Assembly: GCA_964390745.1 (NCBI GenBank)
Contig: CAYMIK010000001.1
Location: forward strand, 48,670-112,669
Length of the DNA stretch: 64,000 nucleotides
Origin: an uncultured Candidatus Saccharibacteria bacterium
GTDB taxonomy: Bacteria > Patescibacteriota > JAUYIX01 > CAYMIK01
Direction of reading: 5' to 3'
Part shown: in pieces, positions 20,149 to 31,277 of the stretch
How positions within the stretch are numbered: the stretch's first letter is position 1
How the letters are laid out: each line of letters opens with the position of its first letter
Notes under the pieces: model-generated
Told to the model about the DNA's origin: nothing
The model's input: only the letters and a program-made list of their open reading frames with translations
The model's database searches: none
Translations under genes and position numbers: made by a program

Positions 20149-23100
20149 TGACACCCCAAACTGTAACAACTCCAAAAAGAATCCGCGCTGCGCACGACTT
20201 TGAAGCCGTTCGCTTGCGACTTGCTTCTCCTGACACCATTTTAGAGTGGTCACACGGTGAAGTTCTTAAACCTGAAACGATTAACTACCGAACCCAAAAG
20301 CCAGAACGAGATGGCTTGTTCTGTGAACGAATCTTTGGACCAACCAAAGACTGGGAATGTTACTGTGGTAAGTATAAGCGCATTCGTTACAAAGGAATTA
20401 TTTGTGACAAGTGTGGCGTTGAAGTTACCCGATCTATCGTTCGACGTGAACGAATGGGCCACATTGGTCTTGCTGTTCCTGTTTCGCACATTTGGTTCTT
20501 GCGCGGTGTTCCAAGCAAGATTGGTGCCGTTCTGGACCTCAGCGTTCAACAGCTCGAAAAAGTTATTTACTTTGCAAGCTACATCATCACACAAGTAGAT
20601 GAAGCCGCAAAAGAACAAGCAACCAAACAAATTGCTCAAGAATTCAAGCAGAAGAAAGGGGAGATCGACAAATTCTTTGACGATCAATTCTCTCAATTGA
20701 AACAAGACAAGCTTGAAGCCTTGAAGAAAGCTGGGAGCGACAAAGACAAGAAAGATGTTGAAGGCCGATTCGGCGAAGAAACAGCTCGAAAGAACTCTGA
20801 AAAGCAGTTGCAAAATGAACGACTTGAAGAAGCCGTTGAAGTTGCACGCAAAGAATTGAAAGACCTCAAGGCGCTTCGAATTATCTCTGAACTTGAATAC
20901 CGTGACCTTTCTATGAAGTATGGCCACGTCTTCAAGGCAAGCATCGGTGCTGAAGCTTTGCGCGGCATTGTAGAAAAGATTGATCTTGATGCTTTGGCAA
21001 AAGAACTTGAAGAAGAAATCAAACATGCTGTTGCTTCCAAGAAAAAGAAGATTACACGCCGATTGAAGGTTATCAAGGGAATGAAGAATGCCGGTGTTCG
21101 TCCTGAATGGATGTTCATTACCGTGCTTCCCGTTATTCCACCAGACCTTCGACCAATGGTTCAGTTAGACGGTGGCCGATTTGCCGCATCTGACTTGAAC
21201 GATTTGTACCGACGCGTGATTAACCGAAACAACCGCTTGAAGCGATTGATTGAATTGAATTCACCAGAAGTTATCTGCCGAAACGAAAAGCGTATGTTGC
21301 AAGAAGCGGTTGACGCTTTGATCGACAACAACGCACGACGTGGTAAGGCTGTTGCTTCCTCAACTGGTCAGAAGCGAACATTGAAGTCGCTCGCAGACCT
21401 CTTGAAGGGTAAGCAAGGACGATTCCGTCAGAACTTGCTTGGTAAGCGCGTTGACTACTCGGGACGATCGGTAATTGTTGTTGGTCCTACGTTGCGATTG
21501 AATCAGTGTGGTATTCCAAAGAAAATGGCACTCGAACTTTACAAGCCATTCGTTATTCATTTGTTGATTGCGAATGAATTTGCCTACAACGTTCGATCCG
21601 CTGGAAAATTGATTGAACAAGAACGCCCAGAAGTTTGGGATATGTTGGAACAGGCAATTGAAGGAACACACGTCTTACTGAACCGAGCTCCTACACTTCA
21701 CCGACTTGGTATTCAGGCCTTCTCGCCAGTTTTGGTGGAAGGAAAAGCTATCCAGTTGCACCCAATGGTATGTACCGCATTCAACGCTGACTTCGACGGT
21801 GACCAGATGGCTGTTCACTTGCCACTCACTGTTCAGGCTCGTGAAGAAGCAAAGAACATCATGCTTGCAACACAGAACCTTTTGAAGCCTGCAACAGGTG
21901 AACCAATCGTTTCTGCTACCCAGGACATGGTTTTGGGTTCGTACTATATGACAGGAATTGTTCCAAAACGAAAAGGTGAAGGAAAGACGTTCGCATACTC
22001 TCGTGAAGCTATTCTTGCTTACGAATCAGGCGCGATTGATATCAATGCAGAAATCAACGTACGACTTCGCGAAGGTGAAATTGTAAAGACATCTGCTGGA
22101 CGAATTTTGTTCAACCTCATTTTGCCAAAAGAAATGTGGTTCATCAATGAACAAATGAACAAGAAATCATTGAAGAAAATCATCAGCCGCGTATTTGAAG
22201 AATATGGTCGCGATCGATGTGTAGAAGTTATCGACGAAATCAAGAAGACCGGTTTCGAATATCTTACTCGATCTGGTTTGTCATGGGGAATTGATGACTT
22301 GCAGATCCCTGAAGCGAAAAAAGGTTTGGTTGATGCTGCCGACAAAGAAATTGACGAAGTAAATGAACACTTCCGCATGGGTCTCTTGTCTGACGAAGAG
22401 CGATATGCCAAGACCATTGAAATTTGGTCTCGAGTGAAAGGCCAAGTGGAAATCGAAGTAAAGAAGAAGTTGAACTCAGTAACCAACCCAGTTCACGCCA
22501 TGATTGAATCTGGTGCTCGTGGTTCTTGGGGACAGACAGCTCAGATGACTGGTATGCGTGGATTGATGGCTTCTCCATCAGGACGCACCATCGAGCTTCC
22601 TATTAAGAACTCCTTCAAAGAAGGCTTGGACGTTCTTGAATACTTCGTATCTACTCACGGTGCCCGAAAAGGTATGTCCGATACGGCTCTTCGAACGGCA
22701 AACGCTGGTTACCTCACGCGACGACTTGTAGACGTTTCTCAAGATGTTGTTGTAACGGAAGAAGATTGTGGTGACAAAGAAGGCTTCACGGTTTCTCGAA
22801 AAGAAGATGAAGATATGGGCCTTGGCTACCCAACCAAATACTTTGGTCGCGTAGCTATTGATACCGTTGTTGATCCAAAGACTGGCGAAGTGCTCGTTCA
22901 AGCAGGGGAATACATTGATGGCGAAAAGATTGCCAGAATTGAAAAAGCCGCTGTTGAATCGATTCACATTCGATCAGTATTGCACTGTAAGACCGCTCGT
23001 GGAATCTGCCAGAAGTGTTACGGATTCGACCTTGGAAACAACCGACCAGTAAACATGGGTTCCGCAGTTGGAATCGTTGCTGCTCAGTCCATTGGTGAAC

Positions 23101-24125
23101 CAGGAACACAGCTTACGATGCGTACCTTCCAAATGGGTGGTATCGCTGGTGGAGACATTACACAAGGTTTGCCACGTGTTGAAGAATTGCTCGAAGCTCG
23201 CGCTATTAAGAAGCCTGCAGCCATTGCAGAATTCGATGGAAAGATTGAAATCGAAGATCGCGACAACCAAAAGATCGTGAAGCTCGTTTCAGCTGATGTT
23301 TTGACAGACGAATTCCCAAATGACGATACAATCAAGAAGCTCCGAGTCAAGCACGATCAGAAGGTTCAGAAAGATGATCTCTTGTTTGAAACCAGCGCTG
23401 GTGACAAGGTTCGAGCACGAAACAACGGAATCGTTCGTGTATTGAAGAATAAGGTTATGCTGGTTCATGAAACGAACATGGTAAAGGAATACATTGCTCC
23501 ACGAGGAATTGGTCTCTGGGTTGCAAAGGGTGACTTAGTAACTGCAGGAACGCAGCTTACCGATGGACACCTCGACTTGCGTGAACTCTTTGCCATCTCT
23601 GGGCTCACCGAAGTTCAAAAGTACATCATCCGTGAAGTACAAAACATCTACTCGAGCCAAGGTCAGGATTTGAACGACAAGCACATCGAAATTATTATTC
23701 GACAAATGTTCTCACGAGTTCGCATTATCGATTCTGGTGATACAGCATTCTTGCCAGATGAAGTTGTGAGCCGACCACGTGTTGAACAAGAGAATAAGCG
23801 TATCAAGAAAGAAGGCGGAAAGCTTGCGACCTACGAAGATATCTTGCTTGGTATCACGAAGGCCTCGCTCTCAACCGACTCCTTCTTGGCAGCTGCATCG
23901 TTCATTGAAACAGCCAAGGTCTTGATTGACGCTGCTGTGAGCGGAAAAGTTGACTACTTGAACGGTCTCAAAGAAAACGTGATCATTGGTAAGTTGATCC
24001 CTGCTGGATCTGGCTACCTCGAGCGACAAAACCGCTTGAAGCGAATGAAGGGTCACGAACTTGTGAAACTCTCCGAAGATTCTCTCATGACAAGCGAGCG
24101 AATTGGACAGAGAAATAGAGACTAG
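20148..24125 (+). CDS. rpoC: DNA-directed RNA polymerase beta' subunit
   Basis: N-terminal Zn finger, [12 protein letters not shown] catalytic motif and [15 protein letters not shown]. Confidence 0.99.
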   Translation: MTPQTVTTPKRIRAAHDFEAVRLRLASPDTILEWSHGEVLKPETINYRTQKPERDGLFCERIFGPTKDWECYCGKYKRIRYKGIICDKCGVEVTRSIVRRERMGHIGLAVPVSHIWFLRGVPSKIGAVLDLSVQQLEKVIYFASYIITQVDEAAKEQATKQIAQEFKQKKGEIDKFFDDQFSQLKQDKLEALKKAGSDKDKKDVEGRFGEETARKNSEKQLQNERLEEAVEVARKELKDLKALRIISELEYRDLSMKYGHVFKASIGAEALRGIVEKIDLDALAKELEEEIKHAVASKKKKITRRLKVIKGMKNAGVRPEWMFITVLPVIPPDLRPMVQLDGGRFAASDLNDLYRRVINRNNRLKRLIELNSPEVICRNEKRMLQEAVDALIDNNARRGKAVASSTGQKRTLKSLADLLKGKQGRFRQNLLGKRVDYSGRSVIVVGPTLRLNQCGIPKKMALELYKPFVIHLLIANEFAYNVRSAGKLIEQERPEVWDMLEQAIEGTHVLLNRAPTLHRLGIQAFSPVLVEGKAIQLHPMVCTAFNADFDGDQMAVHLPLTVQAREEAKNIMLATQNLLKPATGEPIVSATQDMVLGSYYMTGIVPKRKGEGKTFAYSREAILAYESGAIDINAEINVRLREGEIVKTSAGRILFNLILPKEMWFINEQMNKKSLKKIISRVFEEYGRDRCVEVIDEIKKTGFEYLTRSGLSWGIDDLQIPEAKKGLVDAADKEIDEVNEHFRMGLLSDEERYAKTIEIWSRVKGQVEIEVKKKLNSVTNPVHAMIESGARGSWGQTAQMTGMRGLMASPSGRTIELPIKNSFKEGLDVLEYFVSTHGARKGMSDTALRTANAGYLTRRLVDVSQDVVVTEEDCGDKEGFTVSRKEDEDMGLGYPTKYFGRVAIDTVVDPKTGEVLVQAGEYIDGEKIARIEKAAVESIHIRSVLHCKTARGICQKCYGFDLGNNRPVNMGSAVGIVAAQSIGEPGTQLTMRTFQMGGIAGGDITQGLPRVEELLEARAIKKPAAIAEFDGKIEIEDRDNQKIVKLVSADVLTDEFPNDDTIKKLRVKHDQKVQKDDLLFETSAGDKVRARNNGIVRVLKNKVMLVHETNMVKEYIAPRGIGLWVAKGDLVTAGTQLTDGHLDLRELFAISGLTEVQKYIIREVQNIYSSQGQDLNDKHIEIIIRQMFSRVRIIDSGDTAFLPDEVVSRPRVEQENKRIKKEGGKLATYEDILLGITKASLSTDSFLAAASFIETAKVLIDAAVSGKVDYLNGLKENVIIGKLIPAGSGYLERQNRLKRMKGHELVKLSEDSLMTSERIGQRNRD

Positions 24126-24140
24126 TCTTTTTCGCAGAAC

Positions 24141-24172
24141 ACTTAAAACCGGCTGAAAGCCGGTTTTAAGTT
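24141..24172 (+). terminator. Hairpin terminator after rpoC
   Basis: ACTTAAAACCGGC-TGAAA-GCCGGTTTTAAGT. Confidence 0.8.
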
Positions 24173-24242
24173 TGCGTTGAAGTTGTGCTGGAAATGTGTT
24201 AGAATAATTTTGGAGTGAAAAGTTAAATTCAAACAAATACAT

Positions 24243-27200
24243 ATGAATACGCACCTCAATAAACTTGTACGAGTTACGCTTACGGCGTTGCTGGTAGTTT
24301 TTTCAGTACCCGCAGGATTTTTTCTATCGATGAATACAGCATTTGCTTCAACGTATACCGTTGCCAGCAATGGAAGTAGTGCAAATGACAGCGACTGCTC
24401 TACGAGTCCGAGTTCAATAACACTCCTCGAAGCGGTGGCATGTGCAAACTCGCATCCAGGCCCAGATACTATTTCGATTCCAGCTAATGGTGCCATGGGT
24501 GGCGCAATAACGCTTGGTGGAGGAATTAGTGTGAGCAGCGGAGAGGATCTGACGATTATTGGCGCAGGATCCGGATCCACAACTATTACTTCTGGTGGGA
24601 TTACTATTGTAGGTGCTGGATTCAGTCTTTCGGGCGTAACGCTCGCTATTAGCGGTACACCTCAAGCTGGTATCGCAGAGACTGACCCTTACACCGGCAA
24701 CTTTAGCTTAAACGATGTTGTCATGACGGGAACGCCTTCGATTGGCGTATACTTAGGTGCTGACGAAGGATTCACTATCACGGGCAATGTTTCCGTTACG
24801 AATAGCAACATAGCTGGTGACCGTGCCGGAGTGGCTATCGGTCTTGGTGGTGGCGGATCGCCGACAACGAAATTGCACATAACTGGTACCGTGGATGTAT
24901 CAGATAGTACGTTTACTATCGCTCCAACCGATGGAAATGGTTTCAATGCGGGTGTCGCTATGTTCTCTGCGGATGCTGGTGGAGCCGTAAGCATTGATAA
25001 CAACGTAACTGTACAAGAGGGAACGGCTGAAGGATCTGGTTTTGTGGCTATGGATATGGCCGATTTGGGAACAAGCTTTGGCAGTACGGTTGACATTGTT
25101 GGTAACTCAATAACAACTGGCGGAACGGATCTTCTTGGCGCTGGTGTTGCCGATCTTATTCGCTCAGTTGGCCTTACGACGATTTCTGGAAATACGGTTT
25201 CGGGTGGCATTGGAGAAAATGCCAACTTCGCGGGTGGAGTACTCATGGCTGATGGTGGATGTATTTTTGGTGGAACATGTACCGGTCAAGAGGATCTGGT
25301 AATTTCAAACAATGATATCGACGTGAGTTTTGAGGGAGCGCCCAGCATGCCAGTTATTATGGCCCAAGCAGAAACGGCTACTGTAAATGGAAATACTGTT
25401 GATTTGAATGGTGAAGATGCTAATGGTATTGTTTGTTCTTCGTTTACTAGCACGCCAGACTGCACCGTGAACGACAATGTTATCTCGCACGTTGGTGGTC
25501 AGTCGGGAATAGTTCTTACCCCAAGTTTTGATGCGCAGATTGTAAATGGGGATATTTATAACAATGTTGTATGGGGCGGTACGAATGATGCGGGTTTTGG
25601 GATTCTTGCCGCTTCTGTTCCTATGGGTGGGCCTCAACCAGCAGGGGCAACTATTAATGCCAATATCTTCAACAACTCTGTTGATGGCAATGGACACACG
25701 GTAGGTATTGCTGCTGGTGACATGACGGGTGACACGGTTTTAGATGCCGTGGTCTTCAATAACGCTGTCGCTAACTACAATACGGCGAGTTCGGCTGGGA
25801 TTATGCAGATTGGAACATCGGAAGATGTTTCGTTTGCGCATGATCACAATATGGTTGGCCCATCATCAACGAATTCATTTGTCTCGACTCCGGACGGGAT
25901 GAGCTTTTCGGACTTATCGCTCGGCACGGGTGATGTGGTGGATGACCCTGAATTTACCAATGCAGCAACGGGTGATCTTTCGATCGATGTAACCTCGCCT
26001 GCTGTTGATACTGGTACCTCGGTTTCTAATACCGTGAGTGCCCCATCAACCGACTTTAACGGCGACCCACGACCAGCACGTGATGCATTTGATATTGGAG
26101 CTTTTGAGTATCAGAATCAGTCACCGGTTACAGCCGCGGGCGTTGACCAGAATAAATACAAGGGCGCTTCGCTGACAGACTCCGTTACGCTCCACTGTGA
26201 CGCAACGGACCCAGAAGGCGACACGCCCATTACATATGCCTGGACACGAACAAGCGGCCCTTCATCTGTTTCGTTTACTGGGGCTTCAACTGCTGACGCA
26301 AGTTTCACCCCAGGTGCCGTTGGAACCTATGTTATTCGATGTACCGCAACAGACAGTTTATCTGCGCCAGGGTACGACGAGATGAACGTTGTGGTAACGG
26401 CAAATACGGCTCCTTCTGCGAACGCTGGCGTTGACCAGGCGGTACATACTGGAGATAGTGTGACGCTCCACTGTGCGTCTACTGATACAGAAGAAGACAC
26501 GATTACCTATGCCTGGACAAACGTCTCTGGGCCAACAACCCCTTCACTCGCAACGGCATCAACCGCCGATAGCGGCTTTACGGCAGCAGCAGTTGGCACC
26601 TATGTTGTGCGATGCACTACAGGGGATTCGTATAACACGTCGGCCACAAATGACACTGTTTCTATAGTTGTCACAGATGCCAATACCTCCCCAACAGCAA
26701 ACGCTGGTCCTGATCAGTACACAACCATTGGTGATCAGGTAAACCTCACGTGTGCTGCTTCAACCGATCCTGATGTTGGCGACTCATTGACATATCACTG
26801 GACGCAAACTTCTGGCTCGACTGTTTCTCTCTCGAGTACATCGAGTGCTACTCCACACTTTACGCCCACAACATTGGGAAATCGAACATTCCAATGTCAG
26901 GTAACAGATGCGCACGCAGCAACCAACACCGACTCTGTTGTTATTCATGCGACTGCCCAACGCATTGCTGGCGCAGATCGATACAACACTGCCATCGCGC
27001 TTTCCCAGAGCATGTATAGCAGCTCACATACGGTTTCTGCAATGGTGATCGCTTCTGGGGAAAACTATCCAGATGCTTTGGCCTCAGGCCCATTGGCTGC
27101 TCTTATCCACGGGCCAGTACTCCTTGTTCAAAAAACATGGGCCCCGGGAGAAGTACGAACGGAAATTGCCCGACTCTGGAATAACAGTGACGATTCCGCA

Positions 27201-27920
27201 ACGGACATCTATATTATTGGTGGTACGAGCGCCATACAGGACTCGGTAGTTGCACAAATTCAAGCTGTGAACTCCAAGCTCGACATAAAACGACTCGCGG
27301 GTTCTGATCGAATTGATACGGCCATCAAAGTAGCTCAGGAAATGGACTCTGTTCGTGGGTTAAATCCAAGCAACGTAGCCGTTGCTTCTGGCTATAACTT
27401 CAATGATGCCGCAGCTATGGCTGCTGTTGGCTCCGACTCAACGGTAAACTCTCGATACATTCCGGTGCTATTGAATGGCACGGGCTCACTCGATTCTCGC
27501 GTTTCAAGCTATATTAACGGCAAAAAATCTTCGCTTTCGAAGGTCTGGGCAATAGGTTCGACAAGTGCCATATCAAACTCGGCACAGACTTCCTTGAACT
27601 CGATCGTCGGCTCTTCAAAAGTCACACGACTTTCCGGATCTGATAAGTATGGAAATACAACCGCTATAGCATCACAGTTTTACCCATCTGCTGCAGCGGT
27701 TACGATCACGGTTGGTGGAAATTTCCCAGACGTATTGGCTGGTGGTCCATACGCAGCTTCGAAGCATGCGCCAGTGTTGTATGTTTCTTCTTCCTCCGTT
27801 CCCTCTGCAAATACAACCTTCCTTGACGCCAAAGCAAGTACCCTTAACTATGTATATGTTTTGGGTGGAACAACTGCCATACCAAACACGGTAAAACAGA
27901 CCGTTCAACAGCACCTCTAG
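24243..27920 (+). CDS. Surface protein: beta-helix, choice-of-anchor-Q-like segment, 3 PKD/Ig-like domains and 3 cell-wall-binding-2 (CWB2) repeats
   Basis: N-terminal signal or TM, GN-rich beta-helix, DIGAFE motif, NxxPxA.AG.DQ PKD units, and RIAGADRY..PDAL..PVLLV CWB2 repeats. Confidence 0.88.
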   Translation: MNTHLNKLVRVTLTALLVVFSVPAGFFLSMNTAFASTYTVASNGSSANDSDCSTSPSSITLLEAVACANSHPGPDTISIPANGAMGGAITLGGGISVSSGEDLTIIGAGSGSTTITSGGITIVGAGFSLSGVTLAISGTPQAGIAETDPYTGNFSLNDVVMTGTPSIGVYLGADEGFTITGNVSVTNSNIAGDRAGVAIGLGGGGSPTTKLHITGTVDVSDSTFTIAPTDGNGFNAGVAMFSADAGGAVSIDNNVTVQEGTAEGSGFVAMDMADLGTSFGSTVDIVGNSITTGGTDLLGAGVADLIRSVGLTTISGNTVSGGIGENANFAGGVLMADGGCIFGGTCTGQEDLVISNNDIDVSFEGAPSMPVIMAQAETATVNGNTVDLNGEDANGIVCSSFTSTPDCTVNDNVISHVGGQSGIVLTPSFDAQIVNGDIYNNVVWGGTNDAGFGILAASVPMGGPQPAGATINANIFNNSVDGNGHTVGIAAGDMTGDTVLDAVVFNNAVANYNTASSAGIMQIGTSEDVSFAHDHNMVGPSSTNSFVSTPDGMSFSDLSLGTGDVVDDPEFTNAATGDLSIDVTSPAVDTGTSVSNTVSAPSTDFNGDPRPARDAFDIGAFEYQNQSPVTAAGVDQNKYKGASLTDSVTLHCDATDPEGDTPITYAWTRTSGPSSVSFTGASTADASFTPGAVGTYVIRCTATDSLSAPGYDEMNVVVTANTAPSANAGVDQAVHTGDSVTLHCASTDTEEDTITYAWTNVSGPTTPSLATASTADSGFTAAAVGTYVVRCTTGDSYNTSATNDTVSIVVTDANTSPTANAGPDQYTTIGDQVNLTCAASTDPDVGDSLTYHWTQTSGSTVSLSSTSSATPHFTPTTLGNRTFQCQVTDAHAATNTDSVVIHATAQRIAGADRYNTAIALSQSMYSSSHTVSAMVIASGENYPDALASGPLAALIHGPVLLVQKTWAPGEVRTEIARLWNNSDDSATDIYIIGGTSAIQDSVVAQIQAVNSKLDIKRLAGSDRIDTAIKVAQEMDSVRGLNPSNVAVASGYNFNDAAAMAAVGSDSTVNSRYIPVLLNGTGSLDSRVSSYINGKKSSLSKVWAIGSTSAISNSAQTSLNSIVGSSKVTRLSGSDKYGNTTAIASQFYPSAAAVTITVGGNFPDVLAGGPYAASKHAPVLYVSSSSVPSANTTFLDAKASTLNYVYVLGGTTAIPNTVKQTVQQHL

Positions 27921-27934
27921 TCTCATGAGACTAT

Positions 27935-27963
27935 AAAAAAGAGCGCTTCGTGCGCTCTTTTTT
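27935..27963 (+). terminator. Bidirectional terminator
   Basis: AAAAAAGAGCGC-TTCGT-GCGCTCTTTTTT. Confidence 0.85.
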
Positions 27964-28021
27964 GTTCGTTGAAAAACTGCCCTAAAAATGGTATGATCCT
28001 GATACGAAAAAACAAAAATAC

Positions 28022-31000
28022 ATGAGAAACGGGATTTCCTTTTTTGAGAAATTAGCACGTCTTGCCGTTGTGGCAGGGGTTGTTTTTATGTCTTCAGGAG
28101 CTTCGTATATTGTGAAGTTGCCAGTGGCAAAAGCTGTAACGGTCATGACGGTGGAGGATCTTGCGGATGGAACAGGTGACAGTGACTGCACCAATGGTGC
28201 GACGCTTCGAGAAGCTTTTGGAACAGGCAATGGCTGCGTAAACGACAGCGAAAGCCCCGATACCGCATACACGCTCAACCTTACGGAAACCGGCACATAC
28301 CTTACTTCGGCTAGTGTTACCATTCCAGCTAACATTAGCGTTACTATCATCGGCCAAGGTTCTGGCGCAACCACTATTTCAAGCACCTCAACGGATCCAT
28401 TTCTTACTACCACTGCCGGCACTGGTTCACTCAGTATTTCTGCCCTTACTATCACCGCTTCAACGGAATTTCAATATGTAGTAGGTGTTGCAACGCCGAT
28501 GGATGGCAACGTTACTATTGATCACGTGACTATTCACGCCGAAGATGCTATCCCGCTGTTCATAGGGGCCGGCTCAGCCGATGGAGTTGAGTCACTTGGC
28601 GGAGCTTCGATTACCAATTCAACATTCAATGCAAATAATAACGGCATCTATGTTGGACTCAGGCCCGGAATGTTCGAAGTTTCGCGAGCGCATGTTTTTG
28701 ACACCGAATTCGACATTACCAATAACGTATTTAATATTGACGATGGTACGGGTGGCATTGGCGCCTCAAACGCCATAACGTTTTTGGCTACAACGGCATC
28801 AGCGGATATTGAAAACAATGACATCAATATGACTGGTACGGGCAACTTGGCTGGGGGAGTATATATTGGTAACTTTTACGATGAGGCGGGTACCCTTTTG
28901 GGCGACCCAATGATCATCGCGGCTAATAACATCTCGGGCGCTCCAGATCTTGGTGGAGGTATTAACATCCAAATGCCATCCTATGGCGGAGCTACGGTTG
29001 GCAGCAATACTATTACGGGCAACATTACCGGCATTAATACGGCTCCTATTGAAATCTTCAACGAAGATTGCTTTTCGGCGGAGTGTGGCAATGTGGGCTC
29101 AACAAGTATTACGAGCAATACTATAGATGTCACTGCTGCGAGTGCGTTTAATGTGTTGAGCTCAGGAATTCTTGCCTACGGCAATACCAACACGATTGCA
29201 TTTAATTACGTTGCGCTTTCTGATGGCTCTGGCGGTGTCATTCCTGATACCAATGGAATCACCTGTGTCGCTTTTTACAATCAAGCCTGCGATGTTTCAG
29301 GAAATGACGTGAGTGGTTTTGGGCAGTTTGGAATAGCCGGACTTGTGCCTGTAGATGGCGTAACCTTGAACATGACGGCAACAAATAACCTTGTGCACGA
29401 TGCGCAAACAAGTACTGCGCGTGGAATCACTATACAGGCCGCAGACTATGGGATGGGGGATCCGGAATCTACAACGCTGAACTTTGACGTCATGAATAAT
29501 ACGATTGCGAATGTCTCAACGAGTGGTGGTGGCGCCATTGTCGCTGATACCGATACGACGTCTGTGACCGGCGACGTTGTAAATGCATCAATCTTCAATA
29601 ATATCGTTGAGAATAATGCGTATGGCATTGGCACCATAACCGCCGGTGGTTCTGATGAAACGATTGTCATGCACAATGATTACAATTTAGTACATACAAC
29701 TCTCATTGCACCAGCGGCAGATAACTATTTTGGAACTATGAGTACGGGCGATGTTGCGGCAGGTGATCATGATGTTTCTTCGGCGGCGAGCTTTGTGGGC
29801 TCAGGCGACTATTCACTTGCTCCGTCATCACCAGCTCTCAATGCTGGCGCGGGCTCTTTCTACTCGCTTGATGCACCAACCACTGATATTGCTGGAACCA
29901 CTCGTCCGCAAGGAGCGGGCTATGATATTGGTGCTTTTGAGCTTGCAGTAAATGCTTCACCAATCGCAAACGCTGGATCCGATCAGTACACCAGCATCAA
30001 CGAAACAAACACACTGAACTGCTCGGGTTCAACCGACCCCGATGATGACACGCTCACGTACTCCTGGTCACAAACTGCTGGAAGTTCGGTGACGCTTTCT
30101 TCTGCATCAGCGGCAGCGCCAACATTTACGCCAACAAGTCTTGGCGACAGAACTTTCCGTTGCACCGTGAACGATGGTACTAATCCGAGCGTTTATGACG
30201 ATGTTGTTGTTCATGCTACCGCAAAGCGCATTGCAGGCGCGGATCGATACAGCACCTCTGTTGCCATTTCTCAGGCCCAGTACACAAGCTCGCATACAGT
30301 ATCAGCCATGGTAATAGCTTCGGGCGAAAACTATCCCGATGCCTTGGCGGCTGGCCCACTTGCAGCACTCGTTCATGGCCCCGTACTTCTGGTTCAAAAA
30401 ACATGGGCGCCATCACAAATCCGCACAGAAATTGCACGGCTCTGGAATAATGTTGATGATAGTGCCAACGATATTTATATTGTTGGTGGTACAAGCGCTA
30501 TTTCTGATTCGGTGAAAAACCAAATTCAGGCAGTGAACTCAAAACTTGATATCAAGCGTCTCGCAGGATCCGATCGAATTGATACGGCGCTCATGATTGC
30601 CAAAGAGATGGACAGTATACGTGGTCAGAGCCCAACCAATGTTTCGGTTGCTTCCGGATACAACTATCTCGATGCTGCCGCTATTGCTGTGCCAGGTTCG
30701 GATTCGAGCATTAACTCACGATATATTCCAGTTTTGCTCACTGGTACCACAAGTCTCGATTCTCGAGTGAATTCGTACATAAAGAGCAAAAAAAGTAGCA
30801 TCTCTAAGGTTTGGATTGCTGGTTCTACCAGCAACGTGTCGTCTTCTGCGCAGACATCCTTGAATGCTATTGTTGGATCGTCAAAGGTTACGCGACTTTC
30901 TGCCTCGACCCACGAAGACGTAGCTGTAGTCATTGCCACACAGTTTTATGCGGCTCCAGCATCTGTTGGTCTCACCACTACTGAGAGTTTCCCAGACGTT

Positions 31001-31186
31001 CTCGCGGCTGGCCCGTTTGCTGGTGCTCGACGCATGCCCATATTGTATTCAGACAATGTTTTAGTGAATGATACTCTGGCATCTTACGAAGATGCGCGTG
31101 CAGCTTCACTCGCGTCGGTGTACGTCTTTGGCGGCACATCAGCGATATCGAACGGAACGAAGCAAATCCTGCAGCAACACCTCTAA
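28022..31186 (+). CDS. Paralogous surface protein: beta-helix, 1 PKD domain and 3 CWB2 repeats
   Basis: Same architecture as 24243..27920, with TLREA and YDIGAFE motifs and a highly similar CWB2 C-terminus. Confidence 0.88.
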   Translation: MRNGISFFEKLARLAVVAGVVFMSSGASYIVKLPVAKAVTVMTVEDLADGTGDSDCTNGATLREAFGTGNGCVNDSESPDTAYTLNLTETGTYLTSASVTIPANISVTIIGQGSGATTISSTSTDPFLTTTAGTGSLSISALTITASTEFQYVVGVATPMDGNVTIDHVTIHAEDAIPLFIGAGSADGVESLGGASITNSTFNANNNGIYVGLRPGMFEVSRAHVFDTEFDITNNVFNIDDGTGGIGASNAITFLATTASADIENNDINMTGTGNLAGGVYIGNFYDEAGTLLGDPMIIAANNISGAPDLGGGINIQMPSYGGATVGSNTITGNITGINTAPIEIFNEDCFSAECGNVGSTSITSNTIDVTAASAFNVLSSGILAYGNTNTIAFNYVALSDGSGGVIPDTNGITCVAFYNQACDVSGNDVSGFGQFGIAGLVPVDGVTLNMTATNNLVHDAQTSTARGITIQAADYGMGDPESTTLNFDVMNNTIANVSTSGGGAIVADTDTTSVTGDVVNASIFNNIVENNAYGIGTITAGGSDETIVMHNDYNLVHTTLIAPAADNYFGTMSTGDVAAGDHDVSSAASFVGSGDYSLAPSSPALNAGAGSFYSLDAPTTDIAGTTRPQGAGYDIGAFELAVNASPIANAGSDQYTSINETNTLNCSGSTDPDDDTLTYSWSQTAGSSVTLSSASAAAPTFTPTSLGDRTFRCTVNDGTNPSVYDDVVVHATAKRIAGADRYSTSVAISQAQYTSSHTVSAMVIASGENYPDALAAGPLAALVHGPVLLVQKTWAPSQIRTEIARLWNNVDDSANDIYIVGGTSAISDSVKNQIQAVNSKLDIKRLAGSDRIDTALMIAKEMDSIRGQSPTNVSVASGYNYLDAAAIAVPGSDSSINSRYIPVLLTGTTSLDSRVNSYIKSKKSSISKVWIAGSTSNVSSSAQTSLNAIVGSSKVTRLSASTHEDVAVVIATQFYAAPASVGLTTTESFPDVLAAGPFAGARRMPILYSDNVLVNDTLASYEDARAASLASVYVFGGTSAISNGTKQILQQHL

Positions 31187-31277
31187 GTCTCGTGGCCCAC
31201 AGAGTCGGGCCTGTACAAAATCGTTGAAATGTGTTACAATAACGAGTGACTTTTTGGCTTGAATAAAAGAAAAATAC

